Shown piece after piece: positions 60,301 through 64,000 of a stretch of 64,000 bases of DNA. Positions within the stretch are counted from its first letter, which is position 1. Each line of letters opens with the position of its first letter. A model generated the notes under the pieces. The model searched no databases. It was not told the origin of the DNA and was given only the letters and a program-made list of their open reading frames with translations. Location of the stretch: NCBI GenBank assembly GCA_017635565.1, contig JAGBLE010000012.1:17234-81233 (forward strand). Reading direction: 5' to 3'. The position numbers were made by a program, and so were the translations under genes. The DNA comes from Bacilli bacterium. Its GTDB lineage: Bacteria > Bacillota_I > Bacilli_A > RFN20 > CAG-826.

Positions 60301-60972
60301 AACATATCCAAAGAAATGGTTTGAATGTTCTCCATTAGAAGTTCCATTCGCCGCCCAAAGATGCATTGGGTCACCACGAGCGCCACCTGCTCCAGATTTT
60401 TCAAATCCATTTGCTTTAGCCCAAATATGTTCTCTTTCAATTGTCCACGGATCTGATCTATCTCCATGAGAACCCCACGCTCTAGTCTCGTTTGTAATGT
60501 TACGATTGACATATAAAGCATGTATGTATGGATTACTGTTAGGACTGCTATTAGAACCATAACTATAATTTGTTATCGTATTTGTAGTAGCGTTATATTG
60601 TCCATAAGTAGTGATTCCAGAAGCTGGTGATTTTTTCCAATCACGATCAGTAATTTCATACATTTTCCAAATGTTATCACCACTATCGTAGTTATAATAT
60701 TTTTGATTTAACATCAAAATAGGTTTTAAGTTTTTTAGTAAATTTGTGCCTTTTCTTTCGCTTGCTACTAAAGAAGAAAGATTGGAATAATAATCCCTAA
60801 TATCCTCTTCACTCGTATCATTTAAATCAATTGTGGTAGGTAAAGAAGATGCTGAATAACCACTAACCTCATCATTTTTAGAAATGTTATTAACATTAAA
60901 TGCCACCCCTAACCCAATAAGGAGAGAGGAACCTAAGATGACGCTTATAATTTTATGAACTTCTCTTTTCAT
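57307..60972 (-). CDS. Large membrane-anchored surface nuclease (Endonuclease I family domain plus Big_2 domains)
   Basis: Started at MKREVHKIISVILGSSLLIGLGVAF (signal anchor). Endonuclease-I motifs REHIWAK, GDPMHLWAANGTSNGEHSNHFFG and EPQDCDKGDIARAIFYM. At least two Big_2-like segments. C-terminal TM helix followed by YRKHKQD; no LPXTG. Confidence 0.8.
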   Translation of the reverse strand: MKREVHKIISVILGSSLLIGLGVAFNVNNISKNDEVSGYSASSLPTTIDLNDTSEEDIRDYYSNLSSLVASERKGTNLLKNLKPILMLNQKYYNYDSGDNIWKMYEITDRDWKKSPASGITTYGQYNATTNTITNYSYGSNSSPNSNPYIHALYVNRNITNETRAWGSHGDRSDPWTIEREHIWAKANGFEKSGAGGARGDPMHLWAANGTSNGEHSNHFFGYVDTTKSYVDSGSTHSNLKGNLTGISKTYGGSSKVFEPQDCDKGDIARAIFYMVARYNNYAGSTSETFDSNNPNLALVDSPTPKSTSGYSSTSTETGTMGIVSDLLEWNRLDPPDEYEIHRNNILYTNFTNNRNPFIDFLEWAEYIWGTNSSGKYATPVSDNINSFGTSETISVESISLQETTSVSVNKTTTLIPSFVPSNATNKAVNWSTSNSGVATVSNGVITGISVGSAVITATTVDGNKTATCTVTVKESSVSDDQKTVTINYGDTFDPALPTASGSVNTTPTLHADTTASISFKEQYIYKGNSSSYLMFHKDSGNAYLYNTENLGTIDSVKVTYSSGVSVSAMVGVYFGSTEQSTYTSASNKTIAGQSQSDTWTNTTEGNGFFQISTSNKNCQITNIEITYHPCLSSIQLSNQTTSFDLDSEFEFDGLVTAKFDGGDDLDVTSKTSFSGYDMSSVGVQTVTASYTHNGVTKTANYQITINEVNTVNSVSLSSSNLSFDLSSDSLTSQLVATVETTGSQASKTVTWSSSNQSVASVSNNGLVTALSIGHTVITATSTYDNSMTANCEVTVTDSSSSSESSYSLFTGNIEEGDYLITYNNCAMKASVTSNRLSFSELTITDGVIDASSVDSSLVWHISPSEDYWTIYNEFESKYASSTGAKNQAALSADIDDKAKWAITGSSTYEFVNKNNSASGVNSNLRKNGTYGFACYSTSTGGALTLYKVSGEAPVDTNESPYINGYAYEMYFTNSSGNHYFSHSMSGYYGATVSEYSTSYYVYFEKGTSGQYLYFVNGEGKQYISIKLKDTHINFTYSTTKENAEWKYSSNYGFIYQTIDGTDYTIGSTGSYNTFGGYRTNNSGLFKVQFMETAETYSYHFLNNMTCDSAGENSPIFEDGYSWSNLKTKFNALVSVESNILVNASSNENGTIIEQAMKRYDYLVEKYGYENFIGRNVSSKNSLILTISNDNQNNILVILIILGLVTVGTAITFVYRKHKQD

Positions 60973-61134
60973 GTCTTTTAGCCTTGAAACAATATTATAA
61001 AACAAGATTGAATCTTTGAAAATATTTTCAAAAAAGCGAAACATTTTAAATGTTGTGGGTTGCAATTCTCTTTACAAGAGAGTGAATAACATATAAACTT
61101 TATTTGCTATTTCAAAATAGAACAGGAATCAAAT

Positions 61135-62256
61135 ATGGCAAAAAAACTTAAGAAAACAAAAAAACCAATGTCTCCAAAGACAAAAAATATCGCGATTAAT
61201 TCTTTCAAAGGAATTATTTCAAACCAAGCCTGTATTGAAAATGGTAAAGAAGCACCATGGTGGCTTGCAATATTATTCCTTTTAGTATCAATTTTAATTC
61301 CACTCATTCCTAACTTTGTTAGTTTGAATAATGCTTACGGAGCAAGTTTTGTCAGTAACGCTACTTATGGACTTGATACTGGACTTGCAAGAGCATCAAT
61401 CCAACTTAAAAAAGATGGAAAAACATTAAATGTTGAAAATGGATTATTATCATATAGTGACACCGCTAGCGAAGATCCGATTTATTCTTATACTGATGCA
61501 AACACAAATAGATATACATTTTTGATGTATTTTTCTGATTATCAAGGAAGTGAATTACAAAATTTCGTTAATAAAATCGTTAATCAAAAATTCATTTTAA
61601 ATAAAGACGCTGATGGAAAAACTGTTGCTGGATCAACAACTATTTATAATCCAGAACTTGATCCAGATAAAAAAGAAGCAACATATACTCCATCATTTGT
61701 TATTCTTTCACCATCAACTTTAGTGGCGGCAACTTATAAAGCTGACACCACAACTAGAGTGGCAAACACCTTTGGTGGACTTGACTGGAATAACACTCCT
61801 AATGGAGATTTATTAGAAAGAATTACTTCTGCTATTAAAGATGAAAATGGAAATGTAATTGATATTAATACAATTGATTTGGAACACTTACCAACACAAG
61901 TTACTTCACAAGCATTTGGTGTTTGGAAAAATATTTTTAATGAAACATTCCTTAATCAAAAGAACACAAATAAATGGAATACAACTTTAATCTATTTAGG
62001 GGTTTACACAGGATTAACATTCTTCCTCGGATTAATGCTCTTCTTACTCACAAGATCAAAGACTAATCCATTTAGAACGCTTAATTTCTGGGTCACACAA
62101 AAGATTGCTTATTTCTTGGCGTTAACACCTGCTATTCTCGCTCTTATCTTAGGATTTGTTATGGCGGGAAATATCATTGGCCAAATGGCCTTTGTCCTTC
62201 TCTTATCATTAAGAGTTATGTGGGCGTCAATGAAACAACTTAGACCAGTTGCGTAA
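61135..62256 (+). CDS. Membrane protein (1 N-terminal and 3 C-terminal TM), unknown function
   Basis: 373 aa: a basic N-terminus, then a ~200-aa extracytoplasmic region. AGGAA RBS. Confidence 0.55.
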   Translation: MAKKLKKTKKPMSPKTKNIAINSFKGIISNQACIENGKEAPWWLAILFLLVSILIPLIPNFVSLNNAYGASFVSNATYGLDTGLARASIQLKKDGKTLNVENGLLSYSDTASEDPIYSYTDANTNRYTFLMYFSDYQGSELQNFVNKIVNQKFILNKDADGKTVAGSTTIYNPELDPDKKEATYTPSFVILSPSTLVAATYKADTTTRVANTFGGLDWNNTPNGDLLERITSAIKDENGNVIDINTIDLEHLPTQVTSQAFGVWKNIFNETFLNQKNTNKWNTTLIYLGVYTGLTFFLGLMLFLLTRSKTNPFRTLNFWVTQKIAYFLALTPAILALILGFVMAGNIIGQMAFVLLLSLRVMWASMKQLRPVA

Positions 62257-62280
62257 AGGAAGTCTTTGACTTCTTTTTTT
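62257..62280 (+). terminator. Intrinsic terminator
   Basis: AGGAAGTC-TTT-GACTTCTT followed by a T-run. Confidence 0.7.
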
Positions 62281-62290
62281 AAGGAGAAAT

Positions 62291-62800
62291 ATGGAAGCGA
62301 TTGAAACAATATTAACTAGAAAATCAGTTAGACAATTTTCAGACAAAGAAATTGAAGAAGAAAAAATTGAGACAATTTTAAAAGCTGCTATGGCCTCTCC
62401 AAGCGCGGTTAATCGTCAACCTTGGGAATTTTATGTTGTCAAGAATAAAGAATACAAGGAAGCAATTAAAAAGGCTATGCCTTTTGGTAAATTTGATTCC
62501 CCAATTATCATTATTCCTTGTGTAAAAGAAAGCGCGACCTTACCTATTAATCATGATTTATGTTATTGCGATTTAAGCGCAGCAAGTGAAAATATTCTTC
62601 TTGCCGCTCACGCTTTAGGTTTAGGCGCTGTTTGGTGCGCTATTTATCCTGGAAAAGATAGAATAAAAGCAATTAAGAAAGCGATTAATATTCCTCTTGG
62701 ATTAACTCCTTTTTCAGCGATATATATCGGTTATCCTAGTGAAGAAGATAAAAGTGTTATTAAAGACAAATATGACATTAAAAAAGTCAGAACAATCTGA
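62291..62800 (+). CDS. Nitroreductase family protein
   Basis: 169 aa. RKSVRQFSDKEI, PSAVNRQPWEF and LAAHALGLGAVW. AAGGAG RBS. Confidence 0.85.
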   Translation: MEAIETILTRKSVRQFSDKEIEEEKIETILKAAMASPSAVNRQPWEFYVVKNKEYKEAIKKAMPFGKFDSPIIIIPCVKESATLPINHDLCYCDLSAASENILLAAHALGLGAVWCAIYPGKDRIKAIKKAINIPLGLTPFSAIYIGYPSEEDKSVIKDKYDIKKVRTI

Positions 62801-62804
62801 CCTT

Positions 62805-63143
62805 TTAATCTCCATAATCTGATCCGCGTGATTTATCTTCAACAAATATTTTAAGTGAATCAGTAATATCTAATAATTCTAAATATATATATCCTTCTTT
62901 TTCAGTAAAATAATTTTCGTAATCTCCAACAAAGATTACTTTTTTATTTTGTCTTACTCTTGAAATGAGGGAATCAATGATAAGTTGATATTTATCAGGA
63001 TGTCTTTCTTTAAACCCGCTTAATTGAGTAAACACAATTGGTTCAATATAAAAATCAGTTTCTTCATCAATGACAAAATGAGGAGTGAATGGGTTATCAT
63101 TATCCTTAACTAATTTAAATTGTTTAAAGTCTTCGTAATTCAT
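62805..63143 (-). CDS. Hypothetical protein
   Basis: 112-aa ORF with an ATGA overlap with the rlmH stop. No family recognised. Confidence 0.5.
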   Translation of the reverse strand: MNYEDFKQFKLVKDNDNPFTPHFVIDEETDFYIEPIVFTQLSGFKERHPDKYQLIIDSLISRVRQNKKVIFVGDYENYFTEKEGYIYLELLDITDSLKIFVEDKSRGSDYGD

Positions 63144-63616
63144 TTGTGATAAGTTTCGTTATTAATTATTTTAAACGCTCGATAGATTTGTTCAAGAAGA
63201 ACAAGTCTCGCTAATTGGTGGGGAAATGTTAATTTTGATAAAGTAATTGAAGTATTCACTCTTTTTTTCAGTTCGTCACTAAGACCATAACTTCCACCGA
63301 TAACAAAAGAAATATTTGAACCATTTTCAATTATCTTATTATTAATAAAAGAAGCAAATTCTTCACTTGTATGTTCTTTTTTGTTTAAATCGAGTCCAAT
63401 TAGATATTCATTATTTTTTAATAAAGATATTACTCTTTTTCCTTCAATATCTTTGGCTTTTTCAATTTCACTTAAAGAAGGCTTTTCTGAAATTGATTCA
63501 TCTTTGAGTTCAATCATTTCAATTTTAGTGTATCCACTTAATCTTTTGATATATTCATCACTACCGGCTTTATAGAAATCTTTTATCTTTCCAATCGCAT
63601 ATATTTTAATTGTCAT
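63140..63616 (-). CDS. rlmH: 23S rRNA (pseudouridine1915-N3)-methyltransferase
   Basis: 158-aa SPOUT fold. IYAIGKIK N-terminus and FVIGGSYGL motif. Confidence 0.9.
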   Translation of the reverse strand: MTIKIYAIGKIKDFYKAGSDEYIKRLSGYTKIEMIELKDESISEKPSLSEIEKAKDIEGKRVISLLKNNEYLIGLDLNKKEHTSEEFASFINNKIIENGSNISFVIGGSYGLSDELKKRVNTSITLSKLTFPHQLARLVLLEQIYRAFKIINNETYHK

Positions 63617-64000
63617 AATCTCCTCCGATAATTGATTCCCATTGCTTCGCGCATCTCACATTATATCGAGAAATATCCACTCCTTTATATGCAAATATTT
63701 TACGATATGCTTCTAAAGCAAGTTCTGGTTCATTTGCTTCTTCAGAAAGATGAGCTAGTATTATTTCTTTTGTGTTTTCACCAATAATTTCTAAGGTAGC
63801 AAAAGCACTATCTTCATTGCATAAATGCCCAACATCAGACATGATTCTTTGAATTAATAACATTGGTCGATTGGTGTGCAAAAGCTTTTGAATATCATGA
63901 TTACTTTCAATAATTAGAAAAGTTGGGTTTTTGACATATTTTGTGTTTTCAGAAAAATAACATCCAGTATCGGTCATATAGACGAGTTTTTCTCCATCAG
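63606..64000 (-). CDS. MBL-fold metallo-hydrolase (YycJ/WalJ-like), partial (5' end beyond the window)
   Basis: The reading frame stays open to the window edge (..DGEKLVYMTDTGCYF..). ESNHD and GHLCNE motifs. Lies upstream of rlmH as in Bacillus. Confidence 0.8.
   Translation of the reverse strand, partial: DGEKLVYMTDTGCYFSENTKYVKNPTFLIIESNHDIQKLLHTNRPMLLIQRIMSDVGHLCNEDSAFATLEIIGENTKEIILAHLSEEANEPELALEAYRKIFAYKGVDISRYNVRCAKQWESIIGGDYDN

Noticed and set aside
60973-61065. N-terminal extensions proposed by the ORF track: the nuclease to 61065, the GT to 51087, apbE to 14529, rnfG to 16873, the lipoproteins to 2463 and 54265, and glnS from 25769.
   Set aside because: Internal starts give proper signal peptides, lipoboxes or conserved N-termini and have RBS or -10 elements. 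The extensions overlap upstream genes or regulatory palindromes.

Overview
AT-rich (about 30% G+C by eye), densely coding chromosomal segment from a low-GC monoderm or wall-less Firmicutes/Mollicutes-like bacterium. TGA acts as a stop in every conserved gene. There are many lipobox lipoproteins and no LPXTG motif. I saw no transposase, integrase, prophage or CRISPR. Gene content in window order: (1) two tandem ABC-2-type ATPases. (2) A minus-strand starch/maltodextrin locus: secreted GH13 amylase, Big_2 surface lipoprotein, pullulanase, three further lipoproteins and MalQ. (3) An rnfCDGEA operon with a minimal RnfB, followed by apbE, a NusG-II-domain gene, a Gx-transporter gene and a HAD hydrolase. 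(4) An orphan hybrid histidine kinase, orphan fucI and ldhA. (5) tRNA-Ala(GGC), glnS, a DUF362 gene, tRNA-Arg(CCU) and galE. (6) The classic pcrA-ligA-gatCAB block. (7) A thioredoxin-like lipoprotein divergent from three unknown membrane proteins. (8) asnS and a tsaE-tsaB-rimI-tsaD operon led by an unknown membrane protein and a DUF402 gene. (9) A TPP riboswitch controlling an extended ThiT, then ung. (10) A surface-polysaccharide locus: three glycosyltransferases, a Wzx-like flippase, a TupA-like ATP-grasp enzyme, a lipoprotein and a Wzy-like protein. (11) degV, tmRNA, and a roughly 1220-aa membrane-anchored Endonuclease-I-family surface nuclease. (12) A nitroreductase, rlmH and a partial MBL-fold (YycJ-like) gene. 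No obvious defence or mobile system is present. The most notable observations are: a duplicated ~50-nt 5' leader with a covarying anti-SD/SD hairpin in front of two Cys-containing exported proteins; a small hydrophobic ORF abutted by a convergent terminator; widespread leaderless-mRNA promoter geometry; a truncated RnfB; an A7 frameshift at the pullulanase start; a ThiT fusion; a giant surface nuclease; and several lineage-specific membrane-protein clusters. All function calls come from motif recognition by eye and need HMM or BLAST confirmation.
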